A DNA stretch of 64,000 nt. It comes from Candidatus Hydrogenedentota bacterium. Its GTDB lineage: Bacteria > Hydrogenedentota > Hydrogenedentia > Hydrogenedentales > SLHB01. Under the pieces are notes generated by a model. The model did not search any database. It was given only the letters and a program-made list of their open reading frames with translations, and was not told where the DNA came from. The translations under genes and the position numbers were made by a program. The DNA is taken from contig BTVY01000004.1 in the NCBI GenBank assembly GCA_045863335.1, forward strand, positions 128,001-192,000, written 5' to 3'. Shown here piece after piece: positions 9,329 through 18,039 of the stretch; the first letter of the stretch is position 1; every line of letters starts with the position of its first letter.

Positions 9329-10719
9329 GCGAGCAAACGAGAATCCCCATCGACGAAGAGCGCATTGAAACCACGCTGGCCTATGGCGCGCAGAAGGACG
9401 CCGTCCGCGTACGGGAGGTAGTCGCCAAGGCCTTGGAACTGAAGGGCCTCGACGCGAACGACGTCGCCGTGCTGATGGCCGTAAGCGATCCGGAACTGTT
9501 GGGCGAGATCTTCCACGCGGCCCGGACTGTAAAGGAAGAAATCTATGGGCGGCGACTGGTGCTTTTTGCGCCGCTCTATGTGTCCAACCTGTGCTCCAAC
9601 GAGTGCTTGTATTGCGCCTTCCGCAAGACGAACACGGGCGTAAAACGCCGCGCCTTGACGCAGGAAGAAGTCGCGCGGGAAACGAAGATCATTATCGAGC
9701 AGGGACACAAGCGCATTCTCCTGGTGGCGGGCGAGTCGTATCCGGTGGAAGGCTTCCCGTATATCTTGCGCTGTTTGGAAACCATCTATGCGACCAAGAG
9801 CGGACGCGGCGAGATTCGGCGCGTCAACGTGAATATTGCGCCCCTCACGGTGGACGAGTTCAAGGAACTGAAGGCCGCGCACATCGGCACGTACCAGCTC
9901 TTCCAGGAGACCTACCACCGGGAGACCTACGCGAAGGTCCACGTGGAGGGGAAGAAGTCCGACTTCGACTGGCGCATCAGCGCGCCCGACCGCGCCATGG
10001 AAGCCGGGATCGACGACATCGGCGTGGGTATCCTCTTCGGGTTGTTCGACTGGCGCTTCGAAATCCTCGCGCTTATGCAACATATCGAACACTTGGAGAA
10101 GGCCTTCGGCGTGGGACCCCATACGATCAGCGTTCCACGACTCGAACCGGCCTTCGGATCCGACATGGCGAGCCAACCGCCTCACCCGGTATCCGATATC
10201 GATTTCCGAAAGATCGTGGCGATCCTGCGGCTCGCCGTTCCGTACACCGGCATCATCATGTCCACCCGCGAAACCCCGAACATCCGGCGAGAAACCTTTG
10301 CGCTCGGTGTCAGCCAGATCAGCGCAGGCAGCCGGACCAACCCGGGCGGTTATGCCGAAGACGAAGAGTACGACGGCAGCCAGTTCTCCCTGGGTGACCA
10401 TCGGCCCGTGGACGAAGTTATCCGCGACATCGCGGCCTTGGGGTATATCCCGTCCTTCTGTACCGCGTGTTACCGGCTTGGCCGCACGGGCCAGGACTTT
10501 ATGGACCTGGCCAAACCTGGAAAGATCAAGGACCATTGCGACGTCAACGCGCTGAGCACCTTCGTCGAATACCTCGAAGACTACGGTTCTCCGTACACGA
10601 AGGTTGTGGGTGAGGAATGCATCGCCAAGGCCTTGGAAGGGTTCACTGAACACCGCCGCAACGTGGCCCAGATCCTGATGGATCGCGTTCGCGAAGGCGA
10701 TCGCGATGTGTTCGTATAG
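9322..10719 (+). CDS. hydG: [FeFe]-hydrogenase H-cluster radical SAM maturase HydG
   Basis: FAPLYVSNLCSNECLYC, GTYQLFQETY, PHTISVPR, C-terminal PSFCTAC-X22-C auxiliary cluster motif. Confidence 0.95.
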   Translation: MLSEQTRIPIDEERIETTLAYGAQKDAVRVREVVAKALELKGLDANDVAVLMAVSDPELLGEIFHAARTVKEEIYGRRLVLFAPLYVSNLCSNECLYCAFRKTNTGVKRRALTQEEVARETKIIIEQGHKRILLVAGESYPVEGFPYILRCLETIYATKSGRGEIRRVNVNIAPLTVDEFKELKAAHIGTYQLFQETYHRETYAKVHVEGKKSDFDWRISAPDRAMEAGIDDIGVGILFGLFDWRFEILALMQHIEHLEKAFGVGPHTISVPRLEPAFGSDMASQPPHPVSDIDFRKIVAILRLAVPYTGIIMSTRETPNIRRETFALGVSQISAGSRTNPGGYAEDEEYDGSQFSLGDHRPVDEVIRDIAALGYIPSFCTACYRLGRTGQDFMDLAKPGKIKDHCDVNALSTFVEYLEDYGSPYTKVVGEECIAKALEGFTEHRRNVAQILMDRVREGDRDVFV

Positions 10720-10754
10720 TTCGCAGCGGAATTACGGGAGTGGAGGTACCTCAT

Positions 10755-11018
10755 ATGGATAAGCACAATATTCTTGGCGTTCATATTACCAACCGTATCG
10801 AGAAGGCGAGCGTCGTTCAGGACATCCTTACGAAGTACGGCTGCAACATTCAGACCCGCATCGGGCTTCACGAGGTGGACAAGAATCATTGCGCGCCCAA
10901 CGGACTGATTGTGCTGGAACTGTTCGGAGACGAGGCCATTTGCGACGAACTCCGTGATACACTCAAGGCGGTGAAGGGTGTGGAGGTGCAGCAGATGATC
11001 TTCGACCACCCGCACTGA
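10755..11018 (+). CDS. Small ACT-like iron-only hydrogenase system protein (TM1266 family)
   Basis: VQDILTKYGCNIQTRIGLHE pattern, 87 aa, strong RBS GGAGG, located among hyd maturases. Confidence 0.75.
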   Translation: MDKHNILGVHITNRIEKASVVQDILTKYGCNIQTRIGLHEVDKNHCAPNGLIVLELFGDEAICDELRDTLKAVKGVEVQQMIFDHPH

Positions 11019-11107
11019 AGGGAAGCCTTGCCGATCGCTGACACGAAGCCGTCTGTTCCCCCGCGGACACTTCCCGTGGCGGACCGCATCCCAAGGTGGG
11101 GCAACCC

Positions 11108-12526
11108 ATGAACGACACCTACCGTACAGAGCACGATTCCCTTGGCGAACGCCGGATTCCCACGGATGCCCTGTACGGCATTCACGCTGACCGCGCCCTG
11201 GAGAATTTTCCGCTCGCGGAACGACCCGTGCATCCCGAACTTGTCCGCGCCTATGGCGCGGTGAAACTCGCCTGCGCGATGACCAACGACGCGCTGGCCG
11301 TGTGGGGCGACGACCGCGCGAAAGCGGAGGCCATTCTTCGGGCTTGCCGCGAACTGGCCGACGGAATGTTGACCAAGCACGTAGTCGTTGACGCGCTACA
11401 AGGCGGCGCGGGCACGAGCACCAACATGAACGTCAACGAGGTGATCGCCAACCGCGCTCTCGAACTGTTGGATGAACCACGCGGAGACTACGCGCGGGTT
11501 TCGCCGCTGAATGATATCAATCGTCACCAATCGACCAACGATACCTATCCCACCGCCCTGAAGCTTGCTGCGATTCGATTGCTGCAACGGCTCGAAGAGC
11601 GGGTCGTGTCGTTACAAGAAGCCTTCCAGGCGCAAGAGAAGGCCTTCGCACACATCGTCAAAGTCGGCAGGACCGAGATGCAGGATGCCGTACTGACCAC
11701 CCTAGGCCGCGAGATGGGCGCTTATGCCGAGGCTTTCAACCGCGACCGATGGCGCATCTACAAATGCGAAGAAAGATTGCGCGTCGTGAATCTCGGCGGT
11801 ACGGCCATTGGCACGGGCCTCGCCGCTCCGCGTCAGTACATCTTTCGCGTGGTAGACACCTTGCGCGAATTGACCGGCATCGGATTCGCCCGCGCCGAGA
11901 ACCTGATCGATGCGACGCAGAACGCCGACGTTTTCGTGGAGGTCTCGGGCATTCTCAAGGCCTGCGCGGCGTCTTTGCTGAAAGTCTGCGGCGACTTGCG
12001 GCTCTTGTCATCGGGTCCGGAGGCCGGCTTTGGAGAGATCCGGCTGCCGGAACGCCAGGCGGGATCATCAATCATGCCGGGCAAAGCAAACCCCGTGATC
12101 CCTGAAGCCGTCAGTCAGGCGGCCATGATGGTGTTCGGTCATGACGTGATGATTGCAAACGCATGCGCGCAAGGAAGCCTGGAACTGAATCCGTATTTGC
12201 CGCTCATTGCGAATTGTCTGCTCGAGAGTTGTGACCTGCTGGAGAGAAGTTGCCACATTCTTCGCGCGTTTTGCGTGGAAGGCATCGAAGCCGACGAAGC
12301 GCGATGCAAATCGCACGTGGATTCATCGACAGCCATTGCGACGGCGCTCCTGCCAGTGCTGGGCTACGAAGCCGTCTGCGAAATCGTGGCGAGCGCGAAG
12401 CAGTCCGGAAGAACGGTTCGCGAGACGGTGTTGCAGGAAGGGCGTTTGACCGCCGCACAGTTTGATGATTTGATCTCACCGGAGGCGGTGTGCCGTCTGG
12501 GTATGCCCGAAACTCCGAAAGGATAG
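11108..12526 (+). CDS. aspA: Aspartate ammonia-lyase-like protein (fumarase/aspartase superfamily)
   Basis: RTEHDSLG, YGIHADRALENF, QGGAGTSTNMN, QSTND, GRTEMQDA, signature GSSIMPGKANP. Confidence 0.85.
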   Translation: MNDTYRTEHDSLGERRIPTDALYGIHADRALENFPLAERPVHPELVRAYGAVKLACAMTNDALAVWGDDRAKAEAILRACRELADGMLTKHVVVDALQGGAGTSTNMNVNEVIANRALELLDEPRGDYARVSPLNDINRHQSTNDTYPTALKLAAIRLLQRLEERVVSLQEAFQAQEKAFAHIVKVGRTEMQDAVLTTLGREMGAYAEAFNRDRWRIYKCEERLRVVNLGGTAIGTGLAAPRQYIFRVVDTLRELTGIGFARAENLIDATQNADVFVEVSGILKACAASLLKVCGDLRLLSSGPEAGFGEIRLPERQAGSSIMPGKANPVIPEAVSQAAMMVFGHDVMIANACAQGSLELNPYLPLIANCLLESCDLLERSCHILRAFCVEGIEADEARCKSHVDSSTAIATALLPVLGYEAVCEIVASAKQSGRTVRETVLQEGRLTAAQFDDLISPEAVCRLGMPETPKG

Positions 12527-12535
12527 CAAGGAAGC

Positions 12536-13855
12536 ATGCAGTCTGCACCCAAATCGTTCCGCTTGCACATCGGCCTCTTTGGCCGGCGCAACGTGGGCAA
12601 ATCGAGCCTGCTGAACGCGATTACGCGCCAGCAGGCCGCCATCGTGTCCGAACATGCCGGCACCACGACGGATCCCGTCGAGAAACCCATGGAATTGCTT
12701 CCGCTCGGCCCCGTGCTCTTCATCGACACGGCGGGCGTCGACGACGTGGGCGCCCTGGGCGAATTGCGCGTGAAACGGACGCAACAGGTTTTCGAGCGCA
12801 CGGACCTGGGCGTACTTGTCGCGGAAGCGGGGGAGTGGGGCGAGTTCGAGTCCGAGATCCTCAGCGAATTCACGGCACGGGAGATCCCGGCGATCGTGGT
12901 GTTCAACAAGGTTGACCGCGCACAACCCGACCCCGCCGTGCTCGCTGCGCTGGAGGCCAAGGACATCGCGTGCGTCGCGACCGTTGCCTCCACGGGCACG
13001 GGCATTCTCGACTTCCGCGAAGCCCTGCTCCAGAACGCGCCCGAGGAATTCGTCAACAATCCGGCCATCGTTGGCGACCTGGTCGGCGCGGGTGAAATGG
13101 CGGTGCTCGTCGTTCCCATCGACAAGGAAGCGCCCAAGGGACGGCTAATCATGCCGCAGGTGCAGTCGATTCGCGACCTGCTCGACTCGGATGCTTATTG
13201 CATGGTCGTGAAGGAACGGGAGCTGCGCAGCGCTTTGGATCGCCTGAAGTCACCCCCAAAACTCGTGGTGACCGATTCTCAGGCCTTTCTCAAAGTGGCC
13301 GCGGATACGCCGCGCGAGATTCCCTTGACGAGTTTCTCGATCCTCTTTGCGCGGTTTCACGGCGATCTCTTGACGCAGGTGCAAGGCACGCTCGCTATCG
13401 ATTCGCTGCGTACCGGCGACCGAGTTCTCGTCGCCGAAGCGTGCAGCCATCATCCCATTGGCGAAGATATTGGCCGCGTGAAGATCCCCCGCTGGTTGAC
13501 CCAATACGTCGGCGGAAAACTCCACTTCGACACGGTCCAGGGCCACGACTTCCCAGAGAACCTTGCGGAGTACAAGCTGGTAATTCACTGCGGCGCTTGC
13601 ACTACCAACCGCAGGGAAATGCTAAGCCGCATCATGCGTTGCCGGCAGGCTGGCGTGCCGATCACGAATTATGGGCTGACCATCGCGTACAGCCTGGGGA
13701 TCTTCGAGCGGGCCTTAGAGCCGTTTCCAGCGGCGCTTGAAGCGTACCGAGCGGTGGCGCGAAAGCCGCGGGCGGCAGATCAGACTGATCGGCCCGATCG
13801 GTCGGATCAGTCAGATTTTGTTTGCATCGCTACGGAGAATTATCCCAAGCCATGA
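12536..13855 (+). CDS. hydF: [FeFe]-hydrogenase maturation GTPase HydF
   Basis: GRRNVGKS, GTTTDPV, DTAG, NKVD, APKGRLIMPQ, cluster motif EACSHH...HCGAC. Confidence 0.96.
   Translation: MQSAPKSFRLHIGLFGRRNVGKSSLLNAITRQQAAIVSEHAGTTTDPVEKPMELLPLGPVLFIDTAGVDDVGALGELRVKRTQQVFERTDLGVLVAEAGEWGEFESEILSEFTAREIPAIVVFNKVDRAQPDPAVLAALEAKDIACVATVASTGTGILDFREALLQNAPEEFVNNPAIVGDLVGAGEMAVLVVPIDKEAPKGRLIMPQVQSIRDLLDSDAYCMVVKERELRSALDRLKSPPKLVVTDSQAFLKVAADTPREIPLTSFSILFARFHGDLLTQVQGTLAIDSLRTGDRVLVAEACSHHPIGEDIGRVKIPRWLTQYVGGKLHFDTVQGHDFPENLAEYKLVIHCGACTTNRREMLSRIMRCRQAGVPITNYGLTIAYSLGIFERALEPFPAALEAYRAVARKPRAADQTDRPDRSDQSDFVCIATENYPKP
13778..13816 (+). repeat. Four tandem 9-bp repeats (GATCRGNCN) inside the hydF 3' tail
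   Basis: GATCAGACT GATCGGCCC GATCGGTCG GATCAGTCA GAT, encoding DQTDRPDRSDQSD. Confidence 0.7.
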
Positions 13856-14904
13856 ACGAGCCGCTCACCGAGAATGTTATCCAGCAGTGGCTCCGCGAAG
13901 AAGATCCTTCGCAATTGGACGCGCTCTGGCACTGGGCCGACCGGGTTCGCCGGGAAAACGTCGGAAACGCCGTGCACCTGCGCGGACTCATCGAGATCTC
14001 GAACTACTGCAGCCGTCAGTGCGGCTACTGCGGTCTCCGCGCCGCGAATACGGACCTGGAACGGTATCGGATGACCTCGGATGAAATCCTGGAATCCGCC
14101 CACGAGGCGGCCCGATACCGGTACGGCACCGTCGTTATGCAGGCCGGCGAAGACTACGGAATCGAGACCGAATGGCTCGCGGAGATTGTCTCGCGGATCA
14201 AAATGGAAACGCCGCTTGCGGTGACCCTCAGCATGGGGGAACGCCCCGAGGACGACTTGAGACGTTGGCGTGAAGCGGGCGCAGACCGGTACTTGCTCCG
14301 GTTCGAGACCTCCGACCCCGAACTGTTCGCCGCCATTCATCCGCCCCATCCCGCGCATCCCGCGCAGAGTCGTTTGGAGATTCTAAGGACGCTACGCCGA
14401 CTCGGGTACGAAGTGGGTAGTGGCGTCATGATTGGAATTCCCGGGCAGTCCTACGAAAGCCTCGCCCACGACATCGCCACCTTCCGGGACTGCGACCTCG
14501 ATATGGTCGGGGTGGGTCCGTACATCTCCCATCCGTCAACGCCGCTTGGTGAAGGCGACGCGATCCAACCGCTGGAGCCGGGACGACAGGTTCCGAACAC
14601 GGAACTCATGACGTACAAGGTCGTCGCGCTGACCCGGCTGGTTTGTCCGCGCGCCAATATTCCCAGCACGACTGCGTTGGCGACCCTGAACCTCGCGAGC
14701 GGGCGCGAACTCGGATTGCAGCGGGGCGCGAACGTGATTATGCCGAACATGACCCCGCCCAAGTACCGGGCTCTATATCAGATCTACCCCGCGAAAGCCT
14801 GCATTCAGGAGACGTCTCAGGAATGCAGGATTTGTTTGCAGGGCCGCATTCAGTCCATTGGACGCATCGTGGGGAGTGGTCCAGGCGGCCGGACGAAAAC
14901 CTGA
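13852..14904 (+). CDS. hydE: [FeFe]-hydrogenase radical SAM maturase HydE
   Basis: RGLIEISNYCSRQCGYCGLR, RYLLRFETSD, GANVIMPN, YQIYPAK, C-terminal C-X7-C-X2-C. Confidence 0.95.
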   Translation: MNEPLTENVIQQWLREEDPSQLDALWHWADRVRRENVGNAVHLRGLIEISNYCSRQCGYCGLRAANTDLERYRMTSDEILESAHEAARYRYGTVVMQAGEDYGIETEWLAEIVSRIKMETPLAVTLSMGERPEDDLRRWREAGADRYLLRFETSDPELFAAIHPPHPAHPAQSRLEILRTLRRLGYEVGSGVMIGIPGQSYESLAHDIATFRDCDLDMVGVGPYISHPSTPLGEGDAIQPLEPGRQVPNTELMTYKVVALTRLVCPRANIPSTTALATLNLASGRELGLQRGANVIMPNMTPPKYRALYQIYPAKACIQETSQECRICLQGRIQSIGRIVGSGPGGRTKT

Positions 14905-15007
14905 GCGGGCGAATCAGGTTTTCGTGTCGAATCGCGGCAAGTTGAGCCGTGACTGTATCTTGCCGGTCCAAAAGTGATAGGATGTGCTGGGTAGGAGGCT
15001 CTTCGGC

Positions 15008-15739
15008 ATGTCCAAAAAGGCAAAAGGGCCGATCCTTAACCAGTTGGTTTTGGAACGGCTTATGCACTATTACCATCTCGTCGGGGAACAAATTCCCGAT
15101 CAGGCGACGGGGTGGGTTTCCAGCGCGCACATCGCTCAACTGCTCGCCATGGACGACACGCTGGTCCGCAAGGATTTGGCGGCGATCGGCGTGCGCGGCC
15201 GGCCCCGGGTCGGTTTCAGCATCGCCGAGTTGAAGGGGAGAATCCGGGAAGTCCTGGGCTTCAACGACATGTACAAGGCGATCATCGTCGGCGCTGGCCG
15301 TCTCGGCGGGGCGATCGTCTCCTACGCGGGTTTCGCCAAGTACGGAATGTACGTGGTCGCCATGTTTGACGCGGATGAATCCCGCATCGGCTCGGTCATG
15401 GGAGGCGTGCTGGTTCAATCCATCGAGAATGTGGAATCCGTGATACGCCGCCACGACGTTCATATGGCCATTCTGACCGTGCCCGCGGAAGTGGCGCAGC
15501 CGTTGGCAGACAGGCTGGTGGCGGCGGGAATTCGGGCCATCTGGAACTTTGCCCCTACTAGCCTTTCGGTACCCCCCGAGGTGTTTGTGCGCCATGAACA
15601 CATCTCCGTCGGTCTGGCGGAGGTGGCCTACTACCTGAAGCGTAACGATCTGATGAGCGAGGACTGGCCAAGCGAAGCCTGGCACGCTGTTGAAGAGACC
15701 GGCTCCGATTCTTCGGAACCCGCGCCGGGCCAACCGTAG
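15008..15739 (+). CDS. rex: Redox-sensing transcriptional repressor Rex
   Basis: RLxxY, VSSAHIA, VRKDL, GRPRVGF winged helix; IVGAGRLG Rossmann fold; AILTVP, IRAIWNFAP; RBS AGGAGG. Confidence 0.93.
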   Translation: MSKKAKGPILNQLVLERLMHYYHLVGEQIPDQATGWVSSAHIAQLLAMDDTLVRKDLAAIGVRGRPRVGFSIAELKGRIREVLGFNDMYKAIIVGAGRLGGAIVSYAGFAKYGMYVVAMFDADESRIGSVMGGVLVQSIENVESVIRRHDVHMAILTVPAEVAQPLADRLVAAGIRAIWNFAPTSLSVPPEVFVRHEHISVGLAEVAYYLKRNDLMSEDWPSEAWHAVEETGSDSSEPAPGQP

Positions 15740-15748
15740 CCGACGGTG

Positions 15749-16105
15749 CTAGTTCCCCGCCGAACTTGACCTTCTTCGCCGCCGTTCCTTTTGCTTTCGG
15801 ATTTTCGCCATCCGTTTCGCTTCCGGGCTCAAGTCGCCAAGGTTCCGCGCCTCCAATAACTCGCACATCCGCCTTCGGGCGTAAAAACGATTTAGGGCCT
15901 GCGAACGGGCCTTCTGCATCTTGACTTCGAGACCCGTGGGCTTGTGCTGAAGATGAACGCAGGTCGAGGTCTTGTTTACGTGCTGACCGCCAGCGCCCCC
16001 GCTGCGAATGAACCGCTCGTCGAGGTCCGCTTCCTTTAAATCACACGCCGCCATACGACGTTCCAGTTCGGCTTCCTTGGCGGGCGTTACGCCAAATCGG
16101 GACAT
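15749..16105 (-). CDS. ArfB-like peptidyl-tRNA hydrolase (release-factor domain, ribosome rescue)
   Basis: RSGGAGGQHVNKTST (GGQ), RSQALNR, basic C-terminal tail KIRKQKERRRRR. Confidence 0.88.
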   Translation of the reverse strand: MSRFGVTPAKEAELERRMAACDLKEADLDERFIRSGGAGGQHVNKTSTCVHLQHKPTGLEVKMQKARSQALNRFYARRRMCELLEARNLGDLSPEAKRMAKIRKQKERRRRRSSSAGN

Positions 16106-16225
16106 GCTTCACCTCGACTCTAGTTGCAGGAGTTCGCGGGTTCGATGGGCGGAAGTATGAACGGGATTGGGAAGGGAGGCAAATGCAGGAGAGAGCCTGA
16201 GGGACGTGAGCGACAAACCCGCCCG

Positions 16226-16420
16226 CTAGGCCAACAGGTCCAGGTTTTGTCCCACGTAGGGGTCGAAGGAAACCACGGCCTGGATCAGATTCAGCGCGGC
16301 GGTACCGACATCCTTCACCACCTGCTGTTGACGGGTGTAGGCCTGGGCCTGGTACTGGGCCTCGAACTGAACTTGGCTGATATGGGTGGATACACCACCA
16401 ATCTGGTTAATACCAGCCAT
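16226..16420 (-). CDS. Small (64 aa) YjfB-like putative motility-associated protein
   Basis: Very strong SD (TAAGGAGG) before ATG; AALNLIQ...GQNLDLLA C-terminus resembles the YjfB family; sigma-28 promoter upstream. Confidence 0.7.
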   Translation of the reverse strand: MAGINQIGGVSTHISQVQFEAQYQAQAYTRQQQVVKDVGTAALNLIQAVVSFDPYVGQNLDLLA

Positions 16421-16477
16421 CTTGGACCTCCTTATCCTGACGCTGGCGCGTACTCAGTAGAATCCGTTCTGGAGATA

Positions 16478-16505
16478 TTATCGGAAGAACAAGCGCCAAA
16501 CTTTA
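16478..16505 (-). promoter_or_regulatory. Sigma-28 (FliA/SigD) promoter
   Basis: Minus strand TAAAGTTT-N12-TCCGATAA versus consensus TAAAGTTT-N11-GCCGATAA. Confidence 0.7.
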
Positions 16506-16600
16506 ACGTGGAACGCGGCGCCAGACAGAGAATGGGACCCCCACGTTCTGCAGGAGCCCCATTGTTGGAAACTATTTCAACACAGACTGTTAGCGTGTAA

Positions 16601-17890
16601 TTAGCCGCCGGACGCCCCGAGTTTTTCCGGGCGCGGGCTGGCTTCGGCGAAGGCGAGCGCCTCGTCGATATAGATCCGTCCGGTCATTTCTCCGAGACTC
16701 GTCTGGGACACGTAGTCGTAGCGCTTGAAGCTGTTGAAATCCTCCGGCGTCAAGATGTATCCGAAGGCATCGTTCGTCAGGCCGAAGAGAAAGTTGTGTT
16801 CGCCATACATGTTGCGCTTCAGGTAGAAGCCGATGTTCGGAAGCGCTTCGCCGGGGATGGTCAGAATTTGGGCGTTCCCGAGATTAACCAGGTTCACCTG
16901 CGTGTCGGCGACGTTGTCATCCGCAATGGGATAGCCGAGCGGCGAGTTTTTCACGATGGCCAGCATCATCTCCGATTCGATGGGGAATGACACTGTCGTC
17001 TCCGCGCAGTAGAGTTCCGGGTCTTCCTGTATCGGCGCATTGGCGACGATACGAAGCGCCTCATCGGCAAGCAGGTTTCCGATGCGCTGGCACTCTTCCC
17101 AAGTTTGAATGTCCTTACCGTCGGGACCGCGGCAGTCGGCGGTGACCATGCCGCCCTGGGCGCCGTTCATGAAGATCGCCATGCCGCCGCCTTGGGTCTC
17201 GATCCGGTCGTGGAGCGGACCCACCATATCGGGGCTGAGAATGCCTTGGCTGTCCCCGATGACCTCGGGGTGAATGGCGTAATTCACGAGCGTGGCGATT
17301 GCGGCGCCGTCTTCCCCTACGAACTGCATCACGTTGCAGCGCCGGTCGTAAAGTTGGGGCGCGTAGTAGTTGTACGCGATCTTCTCGGCGGCTTCGCCCG
17401 TGGCGACCTTCACGCCTGCTGGTTTCACGGACGCCAGCGCTTCATTGATCGCGTCCGCAATGTCTTTGCAGGTACGGTCGATGTAGTTCAAATCGGCTGC
17501 AGTCTCGCCCTGTTCGTTCGCGAAGGCGTACATGTCCGGCGCGCTATGCGTGTGGGTGGAGCCGATGATGATATCCTCCGGCGGAATGCCATCGACCTGT
17601 TTTCGCACGCGGTCGCAAAGGACGCCGGGGAAACCCAGGTACGGCACGCTCACAATGGCGACGCGGGTGTTGCCCTGCTCCAGCACCAGCGCGCGCACCT
17701 CCAGTTCGCCCTTCTTCTCCGTAGCGGGCTCCGGGATTCCCACGCCTCCGGAAACCGGTAACAAGGGGTCGGGGGTCACGGTTCGGCTCGCGATTCCCAC
17801 CTGAAGTTCCGCGTTTCCGGCAACCGGGAAGATGAGCGCTGTCATCGCCAGAACCGCGATTCCCAATAAGACACTCCGTACACTTGGCAT
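16601..17890 (-). CDS. Secreted neutral/alkaline ceramidase-like hydrolase
   Basis: Signal peptide; STHTHSAP, NYAIHPE, NGAQG, IPGEA, GLTNDAFGYI motifs. Confidence 0.7.
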   Translation of the reverse strand: MPSVRSVLLGIAVLAMTALIFPVAGNAELQVGIASRTVTPDPLLPVSGGVGIPEPATEKKGELEVRALVLEQGNTRVAIVSVPYLGFPGVLCDRVRKQVDGIPPEDIIIGSTHTHSAPDMYAFANEQGETAADLNYIDRTCKDIADAINEALASVKPAGVKVATGEAAEKIAYNYYAPQLYDRRCNVMQFVGEDGAAIATLVNYAIHPEVIGDSQGILSPDMVGPLHDRIETQGGGMAIFMNGAQGGMVTADCRGPDGKDIQTWEECQRIGNLLADEALRIVANAPIQEDPELYCAETTVSFPIESEMMLAIVKNSPLGYPIADDNVADTQVNLVNLGNAQILTIPGEALPNIGFYLKRNMYGEHNFLFGLTNDAFGYILTPEDFNSFKRYDYVSQTSLGEMTGRIYIDEALAFAEASPRPEKLGASGG

Positions 17891-17970
17891 GATTCGGCAC
17901 CTCGTAAATTCGGCTTGAATGTGTTGATACTGCGCACGACCACACAGCGTTATCGCATGAGGGAAGCGGA

Positions 17971-18005
17971 AAACACAAGCCCCGGCTCGTCAACCGTGCC
18001 GGGGC
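17971..18005 (-). terminator. Probable intrinsic terminator
   Basis: Minus-strand GCCCCGGC-N11-GCCGGGGC followed by TTGTGTTTT, just after the 18040 stop. Confidence 0.6.
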
Positions 18006-18039
18006 CATTCATGGGCGGGCGATTAGGGTGTTAGCGCCG

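Noticed and set aside
9322-14904. Annotating hydG as thiH and hydE as bioB
   Set aside because: The C-terminal CxxC-X22-C of HydG, the YxxY motif of HydE and the hydA/hydF context support maturases
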